From: Alphaproteobacteria bacterium
GTDB lineage: Bacteria; Pseudomonadota; Alphaproteobacteria; Micavibrionales; Micavibrionaceae
Length of the DNA: 64,000 nucleotides
Direction of reading: 5' to 3'
Assembly (NCBI GenBank): GCA_052387095.1
Contig: JBQTJN010000044.1
Coordinates: 310-64,309, forward strand
A model generated the notes under the pieces. The model did not search any database. It had not been told where the DNA came from and saw nothing but the letters and a program-made list of their open reading frames with translations. Below, piece by piece: positions 50,000 to 59,973 of the stretch (position 1 is its first letter; each line of letters starts with the position of its first letter). The translations under genes were made by a program, and so were the position numbers.

Positions 50000-50464
50000 A
50001 TGCGCCCCGTCGCAGACGCCGCAGCCAGGATCGCCGGCAAGAGTTTCAGCAAAAAATACGTTGCGCTGGGCCGCGTTGTCCAGTCATGGGCGGAAATCGC
50101 CGGGGCCGAATTCGCCCGCAAGGCCCGGCCCGTCAAGATTCATTACCGTAAAGCCGACCGTTCGGGCAACCCCAGCGTAACGCTCGATATCGCCATTTCG
50201 GATTCCGACGCCACGCTGGCGCATTACCAGAAAGACCTGATCCTCGAACGCATTAACCGGATTTTCGGCAATAACTGGATTACGGATCTGAAATTCGTGC
50301 CGCTGGCGTCCGAAACCAAGGCGCGGGGCCGTCCGAAAAAGCCGCCCGCGCCCTTGACTAAAGAGCAAAAAAGTCATTTATCGCAAGTGCTGGAACCGGT
50401 TTCCGATCCGGAGCTCAAAGACCATCTCGAAAAAATCGGACAGGCCATACTCGAGGGAAAATAG
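50000..50464 (+). CDS. DUF721 (DciA-like) protein
   Basis: The layout (WAEIAGAEFARKARPVKI...LDIAISDSDATLAHYQKDLILERINRIFG) and the position divergent from mutY match alphaproteobacterial DUF721 proteins. Confidence 0.7.
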   Translation: MRPVADAAARIAGKSFSKKYVALGRVVQSWAEIAGAEFARKARPVKIHYRKADRSGNPSVTLDIAISDSDATLAHYQKDLILERINRIFGNNWITDLKFVPLASETKARGRPKKPPAPLTKEQKSHLSQVLEPVSDPELKDHLEKIGQAILEGK

Positions 50465-50467
50465 ATC

Positions 50468-51031
50468 ATGAAAGTAAACGCAAACACCTTAAGAAAAGGC
50501 AACGTGATTGAATATGAAAGCAAGCTTTGGGTCGTTGTAAAAAACGAACTGCTTTCGCCCGGCAAGGGCGCCGCCGTGGCGCAGGTCGAAATGCGCGATG
50601 TGCGCACAGGCAACAAGAATAATATCCGCTTCCGCACGCAGGAACAGGTTGAGCGCGTCCGTCTGGATCAGGAGGAATACCAGTTCCTCTATGGCAGCGG
50701 CGATGAATATAACTTCATGAACAACAAGACCTTCGAACAAATCATCGTGAAAAAGCAGACCATCGGCTTCGCAGCGGACTTTTTACAGGAAGGCATGCAG
50801 TGCGAGATTGAGTCGTTCGAGAATGAAGTGCTGAACGTAACAATTCCGGACACCGTTATTCTTGAAATCGCCGAGGCGGACGCTGTCGTCAAGGGTCAGA
50901 CCGCCACCACATCTTACAAGCCCGCTATTCTCTCCAACGGCGTCAAAGTCATGGTCCCACCTTTTATTGAATCCGGCACGAAAATCGTTGTCCGCACCGA
51001 AGACGGTACCTATGTCGAGCGGGCTAAATAA
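50468..51031 (+). CDS. efp: Elongation factor P
   Basis: LRKGNVIEYESKLWVVV...PGKGAAVAQVEMRDVRTG is canonical EF-P. Confidence 0.97.
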   Translation: MKVNANTLRKGNVIEYESKLWVVVKNELLSPGKGAAVAQVEMRDVRTGNKNNIRFRTQEQVERVRLDQEEYQFLYGSGDEYNFMNNKTFEQIIVKKQTIGFAADFLQEGMQCEIESFENEVLNVTIPDTVILEIAEADAVVKGQTATTSYKPAILSNGVKVMVPPFIESGTKIVVRTEDGTYVERAK

Positions 51032-51037
51032 AAACAC

Positions 51038-51829
51038 ATGGTTGTCCTCTCTCCCAATCTGAATATCATGATCCGCGCTGCCGAGAAGGCGGGCAAATCA
51101 TTGCTGCGCGATTTCGGGGAAGTCGAACAACTGCAGGTCTCGCGTAAGGGCCCGTCGGATTTCGTTTCAGCAGCCGACCGCCGCGCCGAGGAAATCATTT
51201 TCACCGAACTGCAGAAAGCTCGTCCCGGCTACAGCTTCCTCATGGAAGAAGGCGGCGCGGTGGCAGGCGAAAACAAGGATTACCGCTGGATCGTCGACCC
51301 GCTGGACGGCACTCTCAACTTTCTGCACGGCGTGCCGCATTGGGCCATTTCGATCGGCCTCGAGGAAAAAGGCGAAATCACCGCCGGCATTGTTTACGAT
51401 CCCGTTAAAGACGAGATGTTCCGCGCGGAGAAAAACGGCGGCGCCTTTCTGCGCCGTAAACGTTTAAGAGTTTCCGGGCGCACCCAGATGGAAATGGCGA
51501 CAATCGCCAGCGGCGGACCGCGCCGCGATGGTAAATCCCATGAACAGTTTTTCAAAGAGCAACGCGCCGTATGGGATGCAGGCCCGTCGCTTCGGCGCTA
51601 TGGTGCCGCGGCGCTGGATATGTGCTATGTTGCAGCCGGGCGCTTCGAGGCATACTGGGAACGCGCCCTGAAACCATGGGATGTTGCCGCCGGCTATCTT
51701 ATTGTTAAAGAAGCGGGCGGTTTCGTCTGCGATCTCGATAGTGATGCCAAGAATGCCGTTGAAACCGGAAATGTCCTGTGCGGAAATGAAATTGTTTACG
51801 GACAGCTTAAAAAAATTCTGCGTGCCTGA
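51038..51829 (+). CDS. suhB: Inositol monophosphatase family protein
   Basis: FLMEE, WIVDPLDGTLNFLHG and WDVAAG motifs. Confidence 0.9.
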   Translation: MVVLSPNLNIMIRAAEKAGKSLLRDFGEVEQLQVSRKGPSDFVSAADRRAEEIIFTELQKARPGYSFLMEEGGAVAGENKDYRWIVDPLDGTLNFLHGVPHWAISIGLEEKGEITAGIVYDPVKDEMFRAEKNGGAFLRRKRLRVSGRTQMEMATIASGGPRRDGKSHEQFFKEQRAVWDAGPSLRRYGAAALDMCYVAAGRFEAYWERALKPWDVAAGYLIVKEAGGFVCDLDSDAKNAVETGNVLCGNEIVYGQLKKILRA

Positions 51830-52724
51830 AAAAAAGCGCTTTTTCGCTTTGTGTTTTGCAATCATGCTTATGCCGGCGCCTATGGCCCTGGCGCAGGACT
51901 CATCATCTTCCGTTGAAATCTACCAGGATGCGCTCGATCCTTCGAAGCCGGCTGATCAACCTCTGCCTAATCCACTGACTTTTTTCAAGGTGGATGAAAC
52001 CAGTAAAACAATTGTCAGGAAATCCGAAAATAAATCCCGGTCTCTGAAAATAAAAACCACAATTGCTGATAAGCTCAAAACAACCAAGCTGCAGGCTGCG
52101 ATCCCGATTCCGCCGCGCCGGCCAAAGACGCTGAACGCGCCGGATTCTTTTGTCAAAAAAGCACGTGCCGATGACAAGAAAAAAACAGAAATCGCTGTAG
52201 AGAAACCAAAGCCGCCGAAAAAACCGGTCAAAACGGCAAGTAATATTGTAAAAATCCCGGCTGTTAGATCTGCACAAAAGGCAAAAATAAAAACCATATT
52301 GTCAAAGCCATCGAAAGATGTGTTTGAAGAAAATCTTGTGAAGCCGTCTCTGCAGGATATTCTCGAAAGCATCGATCCGAAGGCCGCGAAAGAAAATGCC
52401 GCCGCGAATAACGGTCTGTCTCTCGCCTACAGGCAAGGCGTAACAGAATTGCCGGCAGACATCCGGAATGTCCTTTCCGTTGGTTTGCTTTCACATCTGA
52501 AATCAGAACCGCGCAGCCGGCTCGAAATTATGGGCTATGCCTCGTCGCCCAAAAACGATGAAAGTGAGGCTCGCAGGGTGTCGCTGAAACGCGTGCGGAC
52601 TATCCACGACTTCCTCGTTGGCAAAGGTATCGAATCATCTAGAATTGACATAAGATCAATGGGGCTATCAGCCCCGACAACCCGGCAACCCGACCGTGTG
52701 GATCTCAGGTTGTTAAGCCCTTGA
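51822..52724 (+). CDS. OmpA-family (peptidoglycan-binding) protein with Lys/Pro-rich linker
   Basis: The GTG at 51822 gives a signal peptide (MPEKKRFFALCFAIMLMPAPMALAQ). The C-terminus (LEIMGYASSPKNDESEARRVSLKRVRTIHDFLVGKGIESSRIDIRSMG) is OmpA_C-like. The start is uncertain. Confidence 0.7.
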   Translation: MPEKKRFFALCFAIMLMPAPMALAQDSSSSVEIYQDALDPSKPADQPLPNPLTFFKVDETSKTIVRKSENKSRSLKIKTTIADKLKTTKLQAAIPIPPRRPKTLNAPDSFVKKARADDKKKTEIAVEKPKPPKKPVKTASNIVKIPAVRSAQKAKIKTILSKPSKDVFEENLVKPSLQDILESIDPKAAKENAAANNGLSLAYRQGVTELPADIRNVLSVGLLSHLKSEPRSRLEIMGYASSPKNDESEARRVSLKRVRTIHDFLVGKGIESSRIDIRSMGLSAPTTRQPDRVDLRLLSP

Positions 52725-52850
52725 TATTACTCGGTGTGGATAGCTTAAAGCTTTATCGCCGCAAATCGTTGACAAATCGCGCCTAAAAATGTGAATTTAT
52801 CCATAATTTCCCATATTTTATAAAGCCTGCGGGCCCATTAGAGGATACAC

Positions 52851-53834
52851 ATGACCGATAAGAATAAGAAAGTGTTTCTGGTTATTGCTTTTGTTGTTGT
52901 TCTCTCAATTGTCGGCGGCCTTTCCCTGCTGAATGGTTCGGGTATGGATACAACCCCTGCGCCGGACGCAAACGGGCCAGGTACGACGGCTGCCACCACC
53001 ACGCAGGAGCCCGTTGAACATGCTGCGGTGATTGATAGCGATGATGCGCTTGAAGAAAGAGCCTTGGGCGAGAAAAACGCCACGGTGAAAATCGAGGAAT
53101 ATGCTTCCCTGACCTGCAGCCATTGCGCGCATTTCTACAACGAAATCTTCCCGAAATTGAAAAGCAAGTATATCGACAGCGGCAAAGTTCGTTTCGTGTT
53201 TTCCGATTTTCCGCTCAACGCCCCGGCCATGCACGCTGCCATGATCGCACGCTGTATTCCGGAAGCTCAGTATTTCGATTTTATTGATACGCTTTTTGCC
53301 GAACAGGAAAAATGGGGTTTCGATCCGAATTACCTCGCCTACCTGAAGGCGACTGCCGCCAAGCACGGCGTAAACGGTGCGACCTACCAGACCTGCCTGC
53401 AGAACACCGAAATCCAGCAAGGCATCGTTAAGCGTATGGAGGCGGCACAAGCCCAGTGGCAGATCAATTCTACGCCGACTTTTGTGATCAACAACAAGAA
53501 AACAATTAATGGAACAGTCTCTTTCGAGGAATTCTCCAAAACCATCGAAGAAGCGCTCGGTAATCCTGTAAAGGAAACGGAAGAAGCGGTGCCTGTTATG
53601 GTAACACCGGAGGCCGCAACCACCACAACTACAACAACGTCTCCAGTAACGCCGTCTGCCGCTGAAAAAACCATCGCAGTCGGCGAGCCTAACCCGGCGA
53701 CACCGGCCGATGCTGAAGAGGCCGCCCCCGCTACTGAAGACGAAACTTCAACAGAAGAAACCAAGGCTCCCGCGCCGTCTGAAGAAGAAGCTCCGGCAGA
53801 AAATCCTGCCGATGAAGAAAGTGTGGCGCCGTAA
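52851..53834 (+). CDS. DsbA-family thiol:disulfide oxidoreductase with acidic Thr/Pro/Glu-rich C-terminal extension
   Basis: N-terminal TM anchor, thioredoxin-fold CSHC active site (EEYASLTCSHCAHF), TPTFVIN, then a low-complexity tail of about 90 aa. Confidence 0.8.
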   Translation: MTDKNKKVFLVIAFVVVLSIVGGLSLLNGSGMDTTPAPDANGPGTTAATTTQEPVEHAAVIDSDDALEERALGEKNATVKIEEYASLTCSHCAHFYNEIFPKLKSKYIDSGKVRFVFSDFPLNAPAMHAAMIARCIPEAQYFDFIDTLFAEQEKWGFDPNYLAYLKATAAKHGVNGATYQTCLQNTEIQQGIVKRMEAAQAQWQINSTPTFVINNKKTINGTVSFEEFSKTIEEALGNPVKETEEAVPVMVTPEAATTTTTTTSPVTPSAAEKTIAVGEPNPATPADAEEAAPATEDETSTEETKAPAPSEEEAPAENPADEESVAP

Positions 53835-53837
53835 TAT

Positions 53838-56800
53838 ATGATCCAGTTTACCTCACTGCGTATTCACGGTTTCAAATCTTTCGTAGACCGTACAGAACTA
53901 GATATAGGCACCGGCCTGAACGGCATCGTCGGTCCGAATGGTTGTGGAAAATCCAATCTTGTCGAAGCGATGCGCTGGATCATGGGCGAAAATTCTCCCA
54001 AACGTATGCGCGGGTCTGGCATGGAAGACGTCATTTTCAACGGGACAACGCAGCGCCCTCCTCGCAACAGCGCGGAAGTCACACTGATTCTCGACAATAC
54101 CTCGCGCACCGCACCTGCTGCCTATAACAACACGGATGAGATTGAAATCACGCGCCGGATCGAGCGCGATCACGGCTCCACCTATAAAATCAACGGTAAG
54201 ACTGTGCGTGCCCGCGACGTGCAGATGTTTTTTGCCGATACCGTAACGGGCGCCAACTCGCCCTCTCTTGTGTCGCAGGGACGCATCGCGCAGATCATCA
54301 ATTCCAAGCCGTTCGAGCGCCGTCTTATTCTCGAAGAATCCGCCGGCATCACGGGCCTCTATGCCCGCCGCCACGAGGCCGAGCTTCGTTTGAAGGCGGC
54401 GGACACTAACCTGCGCCGCGTCGATGATATTCTTGCTGGTCAGGAAACCCGTCTCGGTGAACTGAAACGCCAGGCGCGCCAGGCCACACGGTACAGAAAC
54501 GTCAGCGGCCAGATCCGCGAACTGGAAATCATTCTTGCATGGCTGGAATGGCAGGCGCTCGAAGAGCGCATGAAACTCACCCGCGCAAAATTCGACGAGG
54601 CGGAAAGCGCCGTCTCCGAGAAAATGGGCGTCGTTACGCAACTGACCAAAACGCAGGAAACGCAGGCGCGCGATCTCCCGTATTTCCGTCAGAAAGAAGC
54701 CGAAAGCGCCGCCGCCCTCCAGAACAAGCGCATTAACCTGCAGCGCCTCGAAGATGAAATCGCCCGCCACGACGAGGCCCTGCAGGAAGCGAAAGACCAG
54801 TTTGAGCAGATGACTGCCGACAAGGCACACGAAAATCACGTCGCTGAGGAAAGCCAGGCGCTCTCTCTCCGCCTTGAGGAAGAAAAGAACGGTATCGTCG
54901 CTGAACAGGAAAGCGAAAGCGGCCACTTCGCAGCCCGTCAGGCGGCACGAGATACGCTTGAGGGCAAAGTCCAGGCGCTGGAAGAACAATACAACACCAT
55001 GATGCAGGCTTCCGCCGAAGCCAAGGCGCAGAAAAAAGCGCTGGAGCAGCAGGTCGAGCAGAACGCAGGGCGCATTCAGACGCTTCAGGCACGCAAGGAA
55101 AAGGCCGCCGCGGACCTCGTCGGCGTGAAAAAAGATTCCGCCGATGCGCAGGATCTGAAAGCCATTGAAGATGACATCAGCAATCTTGAGAAGCTCGCGG
55201 CCGATCTCTCGTCTGAAATTGAAACACTCCGCACCATGCAGAGCGCGTCGCTTGAAACCGTAACGCAGGCGCGGGAGGCGCTCGCCGCCGCAGAAAGCCG
55301 CCAGTCGAAATACATGGCCGAGCTTTCCATGTTGCAGGGCTTCTTTGACACCAAAAAGAGCGGATCGTTCGCGCCCGTGTTGAATATTGTCAAGGCTGAT
55401 GAAGGTTTTGAAAAGGCGCTTTCGCGTGCGCTCGGTGATGCGCTGCTGGCCTCGCTCGATGATAAAGCGCCCGCACGCTGGACGCGCCGTCATAACCTTG
55501 AATTGCCTGCCCTGCCCGCCGGCATAGATTCTATCGCATCACGCATCAAGGCGCCTGAGGAAATGAAAGCCGCGCTGTCCCAGATCGGCCTCGTCCAAAG
55601 CGAAGCGGTCGGCCATACGAACAAAGATACTCTGAAGCCCGGCCAGTCTCTGGTTTCGCGCGACGGTTTTTACTGGCGCTGGGACGGTCTCGCGATCAAG
55701 CCGGATGCCACCGACCGCAACACTCAGCATCTGCAATATAAAAATCAGCTCGCGGAACTTGAGAAAATGAAATCGGAAATCGAAAACGATGTTTCTGAAA
55801 GGCAGGTTGCACTGCAAAAGGTGCAAACCGCGCATCAGGAAAATGAAACGCGCCTGAAGGAGCTTTCCGAAAAAGCCCGCGCCAACGAGGAAAGGCTCAA
55901 GCGCGACCGCACACAATTACTGACGACGCAGGAAAAACGCGTTCGTATTGAATCCGAACTGACGCGCCTGAACGACACCATCAAAATGGCGGAGGAAGAC
56001 CTGCATACTTTGCAGGAACAGGTCCACACCGACCGTGAGCGCCTTGAGACTTATGAATCCGCAGCGCATGCAAAGAAGGAGCAGGACATCCTCAGCCTGC
56101 GCCAGACCCTGCTTGAGGCGCGCGAAACTCACCAGGGCGCCGTCCGCGCTTTCGATCTCTATGAACAGCAGCAGAACACGCGCAATGCCCGCCTGCACGC
56201 GATTGCCGATGAGCGTATCAACATGCAGAACCGCATGATCCGCAGCCGTGAGCGTATCCGCCAGCTCGAGGAAAGACAAACCGCCCTGTCGGCCAAAATC
56301 AAAGAGCTGAAAAACCAGCCGCAGAATTTCGAAGCCGACAAGCAGAAATTTTTCAGTGAAATCGCTTTGCTCGAGCAGCAGCGTACCGCTGATGCTGACG
56401 TCCTCGCCGCTTGCGAGAACGATGTCAATGAAACGGGCAAGCTTCTGAAGCAGGCGGAAGGTGTGATGGGCCAGTCGCGCGAAGAGCGCGCCCATGCGCA
56501 GGCGCTCTCTCAGGCACTGGAAGAACAACGCACTACGATGCAAAATCACATTGTTGAACAATTCGGCATGCAGCCAGAAATCCTGCCCGAGCAGACAAAA
56601 ATCGAAGTGGAGTCAACGCCGGAAGCCGCAGAAGAACTCCGCCATAAGAAAGAACGCTACACACGCGAGCGCGATAATATCGGTCCGGTCAATTTGCGCG
56701 CTGACGACGAAGCGCAGGAAATGGAAAAAGAAGTCACCGCCATGCTGAATGAGCGTAATGACCTGATGGAAGCCATCGCCGAACTGCGTCGCGGCATCGA

Positions 56801-57305
56801 CACCATCAACCGCGAAGCGCGCGACCGTCTCCTCACCGCGTTCGAACATGTTAACGCCCACTTCAAAACCTTGTTCGGCCGCCTCTTTGCCGGCGGACAG
56901 GCGCACCTCGCACTGATCGACACGGAAGACCCGCTCGAAGCCGGTCTTGAAATCTTCGCACAGCCCCCGGGCAAGACGCTGCAATCTCTCTCCCTGCTTT
57001 CGGGCGGCGAACAGACGCTGGCCTCGATCGCCCTTATCTTCTCCATGTTCCTAACCAACCCGTCACCGATCTGCGTTCTCGACGAGATCGACGCGCCGCT
57101 CGATGATGCCAACGTTGATAAAGTCTGTGACCTGCTGGATGAAATTTCCGAGCGCCGTGAGACCAAGTTCATGATCATCACCCACCACCGCCTGACCATG
57201 GCCCGCATGGACCGCCTCTATGGCGTCACCATGGCTGAAAAGGGCGTGTCGCAGCTGGTCTCTGTCGACCTGCAGCAATCGTTCAGCTTCCTCGAAGCCG
57301 CCTAG
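53838..57305 (+). CDS. smc: Chromosome segregation protein SMC
   Basis: GFKSF...GPNGCGKSN Walker A, long coiled-coils with a hinge, signature LSGGEQTLASIAL, and Walker B VLDEIDAPLD. Confidence 0.96.
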   Translation: MIQFTSLRIHGFKSFVDRTELDIGTGLNGIVGPNGCGKSNLVEAMRWIMGENSPKRMRGSGMEDVIFNGTTQRPPRNSAEVTLILDNTSRTAPAAYNNTDEIEITRRIERDHGSTYKINGKTVRARDVQMFFADTVTGANSPSLVSQGRIAQIINSKPFERRLILEESAGITGLYARRHEAELRLKAADTNLRRVDDILAGQETRLGELKRQARQATRYRNVSGQIRELEIILAWLEWQALEERMKLTRAKFDEAESAVSEKMGVVTQLTKTQETQARDLPYFRQKEAESAAALQNKRINLQRLEDEIARHDEALQEAKDQFEQMTADKAHENHVAEESQALSLRLEEEKNGIVAEQESESGHFAARQAARDTLEGKVQALEEQYNTMMQASAEAKAQKKALEQQVEQNAGRIQTLQARKEKAAADLVGVKKDSADAQDLKAIEDDISNLEKLAADLSSEIETLRTMQSASLETVTQAREALAAAESRQSKYMAELSMLQGFFDTKKSGSFAPVLNIVKADEGFEKALSRALGDALLASLDDKAPARWTRRHNLELPALPAGIDSIASRIKAPEEMKAALSQIGLVQSEAVGHTNKDTLKPGQSLVSRDGFYWRWDGLAIKPDATDRNTQHLQYKNQLAELEKMKSEIENDVSERQVALQKVQTAHQENETRLKELSEKARANEERLKRDRTQLLTTQEKRVRIESELTRLNDTIKMAEEDLHTLQEQVHTDRERLETYESAAHAKKEQDILSLRQTLLEARETHQGAVRAFDLYEQQQNTRNARLHAIADERINMQNRMIRSRERIRQLEERQTALSAKIKELKNQPQNFEADKQKFFSEIALLEQQRTADADVLAACENDVNETGKLLKQAEGVMGQSREERAHAQALSQALEEQRTTMQNHIVEQFGMQPEILPEQTKIEVESTPEAAEELRHKKERYTRERDNIGPVNLRADDEAQEMEKEVTAMLNERNDLMEAIAELRRGIDTINREARDRLLTAFEHVNAHFKTLFGRLFAGGQAHLALIDTEDPLEAGLEIFAQPPGKTLQSLSLLSGGEQTLASIALIFSMFLTNPSPICVLDEIDAPLDDANVDKVCDLLDEISERRETKFMIITHHRLTMARMDRLYGVTMAEKGVSQLVSVDLQQSFSFLEAA

Positions 57306-57319
57306 AGCTGATTTAAAAC

Positions 57320-57682
57320 ATGAAAGACGACCTTCAAAACCTTGATGCGAAACTCGATGTTGCGCGGAAAAATCGCCATCACAAGGAGCTGACACCTGAA
57401 CAAGCCCGTAATGCGGAGAATATGAGTTCCGGCATGCGTGCAGGCGCCGAAATGGTTGCGCCGATTATCGCCGGCTGTCTGATTGGTTGGGGCCTCGATA
57501 ACTGGCTCGAAACCAAACCTGTTTTCCTTATTATCATGCTGTTACTGGGGGTTGTGACGGGATTCGTGAATGTGTGGCGGATCACGCAGAATGCGGGCAG
57601 TTCCGTCGGATATTCCGAGTTGCATAAGCGGGCAAAAGACGATAGAACCTTGCCAGCAAAAAAAGACGGGAATAACACGTAA
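57320..57682 (+). CDS. atpI: ATP synthase protein I (AtpI/AtpZ-like)
   Basis: A small 2-TM protein immediately upstream of atpB, with G-rich TM segments typical of AtpI. Confidence 0.8.
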   Translation: MKDDLQNLDAKLDVARKNRHHKELTPEQARNAENMSSGMRAGAEMVAPIIAGCLIGWGLDNWLETKPVFLIIMLLLGVVTGFVNVWRITQNAGSSVGYSELHKRAKDDRTLPAKKDGNNT

Positions 57683-57687
57683 AAACC

Positions 57688-58437
57688 ATGGCTGATCCTA
57701 TCCACCAGTTTGTCATTACACCTATCATTCCGCTTGAAATCGGCGGCATCAACATTTCCTATACAAACTCAGCCCTCTGGATGACTTTTGCCGTTATTGC
57801 CAGCATCGTAATGCTGACCCTTTCCATCCGCCCGAAAGCGATGGTCCCCGGCCGTTTCCAGGTCTTTGGCGAAACGCTCTACCAATTCGTCGCGGGCATG
57901 ATCCGCGAGAATCTCGGTGTGCGCGGCATGGAATATTTCCCGTTTGTTTTCACTATCTTCATGTTGGTCCTGATGGGCAATATGCTGGGCATGATTCCCG
58001 GCTCCTTCACCTTCACCAGCCACCTGGTCGTCACCGCCGCGCTGGCGATCATGATCTTCTTCACCGTCCTTATTATAGGTGTCTTCCGCCACGGCACGCA
58101 TTTCCTGCACCTCTTCCTGCCTCCGGGTCTGCCCGTATGGCTGTTCCCGCTGATTATCCCGATTGAGGTTGTTTCATTCCTCGTCCGCCCGGTTACGCTT
58201 TCCGTCCGTCTTTTCGCCAACATGATGGCCGGCCACCTTGTTTTAAAAGTCTTTGCCGGCTTCAGCGTCGCCATGCTGGCCGCCTTCGGCACCGCCGGTT
58301 TTTTCATGGGCCTCGTCCCCGCGCTCTTTAATGTTGCCCTTATCACGCTCGAAGTTCTGATCGCTTTCCTCCAGGCCTATGTTTTTACGGTCCTGACCTG
58401 CATTTACCTGAAGGACACGATTGAAATCGGACACTAA
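57688..58437 (+). CDS. atpB: F0F1 ATP synthase subunit a
   Basis: LSVRLFANMMAGH contains the essential Arg motif. About five TM segments. Confidence 0.95.
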   Translation: MADPIHQFVITPIIPLEIGGINISYTNSALWMTFAVIASIVMLTLSIRPKAMVPGRFQVFGETLYQFVAGMIRENLGVRGMEYFPFVFTIFMLVLMGNMLGMIPGSFTFTSHLVVTAALAIMIFFTVLIIGVFRHGTHFLHLFLPPGLPVWLFPLIIPIEVVSFLVRPVTLSVRLFANMMAGHLVLKVFAGFSVAMLAAFGTAGFFMGLVPALFNVALITLEVLIAFLQAYVFTVLTCIYLKDTIEIGH

Positions 58438-58481
58438 AACTTTTAAATACTTCAACGACTGAACTGAAAGGAACTAAAACC

Positions 58482-58706
58482 ATGGAAATCGAATCCGCAA
58501 AACTTATCGCTGCTGCTCTCGCCCTGATCCCGATCGCGGGTGTTGGCGTCGGCCTCGGTCTGCTCTTCGCATCTTACAACGAAGCTGTAGGCCGCAACCC
58601 GAGCGCAACTGAATTGCTCGACAAGAAATTCTTCCTGACTTTCGCCCTGACCGAAGCTCTGGCTATTTTCGCGCTGGTTATCTCGCTCGTTATCCTGTTC
58701 GGATAA
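58482..58706 (+). CDS. atpE: F0F1 ATP synthase subunit c
   Basis: A 74-aa hairpin proteolipid with a GxGxGxG-like helix 1 and LTEALAIF (carboxylate Glu) in helix 2. Confidence 0.95.
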   Translation: MEIESAKLIAAALALIPIAGVGVGLGLLFASYNEAVGRNPSATELLDKKFFLTFALTEALAIFALVISLVILFG

Positions 58707-58710
58707 TCGA

Positions 58711-59379
58711 ATGCGGCTCAGATTCCACATAATCCTGCTGGCATTCTTCGCCCTGCTGTCATCGCCCGTGATGGCGATGGAGGCAACCGGCCATAAAACG
58801 CCGCAGGCAGAACATGTGGATCAGCTGGATGCCGACATGCAGATGTCCACGGTCCAGGAGGTCGAAGGGGATCACGGCGAAGGGGGCGGGTTGCCGCAAT
58901 TCGACCCGTCCTCTTATGCAAGCCAGATTTTCTGGCTGACGATCGCCTTCGGTGTTCTCTATCTCGTGTTTTCGAAAAAGACCCTACCCTCGATCGGTGC
59001 GGTTCTTCAGGCGCGTGAAAGCTATATCCAGGGTAACCTCGATAGCGCGCAAAGCCTGAAGGACAAGACCGAAGCCGCGCGCCAGTCCTACGAGGCCGCG
59101 CTGAAGGACTCGCAGGCAAAGGCCGCCGGCTTCTATGCCGATGTCGATAAGGGCATCAAGCAGACAACTGCCGACAAGATCCAGCAGTTCGAAGCCCGCG
59201 CCGCCGCCGAAGTCGAAATAACGGAAAAAGAAATCGAGAAGGCGTCAAAAGATGCGATGGACAGCGTTCAATCCATCGCCGCCGAGATCGCCAGCATGGC
59301 TGCCGAAAAAATCGTTGGTATCTCCGCCGATATCGACCAGGCGCGCACCGCTGTGCAAAAAATAAAGAAAGCGGCATAG
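58711..59379 (+). CDS. atpF2: F0F1 ATP synthase subunit b'
   Basis: TM segment FWLTIAFGVLYLVF followed by a long helix. It has a ~60-aa N-terminal extension with a signal-like segment. It is first of the paired b'/b genes, as in alphaproteobacteria. Confidence 0.8.
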   Translation: MRLRFHIILLAFFALLSSPVMAMEATGHKTPQAEHVDQLDADMQMSTVQEVEGDHGEGGGLPQFDPSSYASQIFWLTIAFGVLYLVFSKKTLPSIGAVLQARESYIQGNLDSAQSLKDKTEAARQSYEAALKDSQAKAAGFYADVDKGIKQTTADKIQQFEARAAAEVEITEKEIEKASKDAMDSVQSIAAEIASMAAEKIVGISADIDQARTAVQKIKKAA

Positions 59380-59380
59380 C

Positions 59381-59869
59381 ATGGAACTGCTTCACGACAC
59401 ACATTTCTGGGTTGCGCTTTCCTTCGTGATTTTCCTCGCTATTGTTTGGGTCAAGGGCCGCAAGGCCATTCTCGGTTCGCTCGATGGCCGTATCGATACC
59501 ATTCGCAAGGAAATCCAGACCGCTGAAAGCCTTAAATCCGAAGCGGAAAAACTGCTCGCCGAATATGAACGCAAGCGCGAAGAAGCCATACGCGAAGCCC
59601 GCGGCATCGTCGTCAATGCCGAGAAAAATGCCGCTGAAATCCGCAAGCAGGCGCAGACCAACCTCGATGAATCCATGGCACGCCGCGAAAAACAACTGCA
59701 GACGCGTATCGAGCAGATGAAACAATCCGCCACCAACGAAATTCGCCAATACGCCGCCGATCTCGCGATCAAGGCAACGCAGGAAATCATCAGCCAGCAG
59801 CTGAACAAGGAAACCGGTTCCCGCCTGCTTGATGAATCGATCAAGACCGTCAGTCACAAGTTTCAATAA
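59381..59869 (+). CDS. atpF: F0F1 ATP synthase subunit b
   Basis: N-terminal TM segment (FWVALSFVIFLAIVW) followed by a charged helix. Confidence 0.85.
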   Translation: MELLHDTHFWVALSFVIFLAIVWVKGRKAILGSLDGRIDTIRKEIQTAESLKSEAEKLLAEYERKREEAIREARGIVVNAEKNAAEIRKQAQTNLDESMARREKQLQTRIEQMKQSATNEIRQYAADLAIKATQEIISQQLNKETGSRLLDESIKTVSHKFQ

Positions 59870-59887
59870 GATTTATATCTTTTCTTT

Positions 59888-59951
59888 GCATCCGGACGAG
59901 AGTCAGGATCCATGGGGTATTACAGCTGGATCCTGATTTGCATCAGGATGC
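59888..59951. repeat. Family-3 palindromic element after atpF
   Basis: GCATCCGGACGAGAGTCAGGATCCATGG...CTGGATCCTGATTTGCATCAGGATGC. Its 5' part is nearly identical to 12108-12140. Confidence 0.7.
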
Positions 59952-59973
59952 ACGTTAATATAGATTTCATGTC

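Noticed and set aside
51681-51821. The N-terminal extension of the OmpA-like ORF overlapping the last 140 nt of suhB.
   Set aside because: It overlaps well-supported suhB coding sequence. The in-frame GTG at 51822 yields a proper signal peptide.
53898-55493. A 531-aa ORF on the minus strand opposite smc.
   Set aside because: It lies entirely antisense to a very well supported SMC gene. Its product is Arg/Phe/Leu/Gly-rich and repetitive with no recognisable domain. Long stop-free antisense frames are expected opposite Glu/Gln/Leu/Lys-rich coiled-coil coding sequence.
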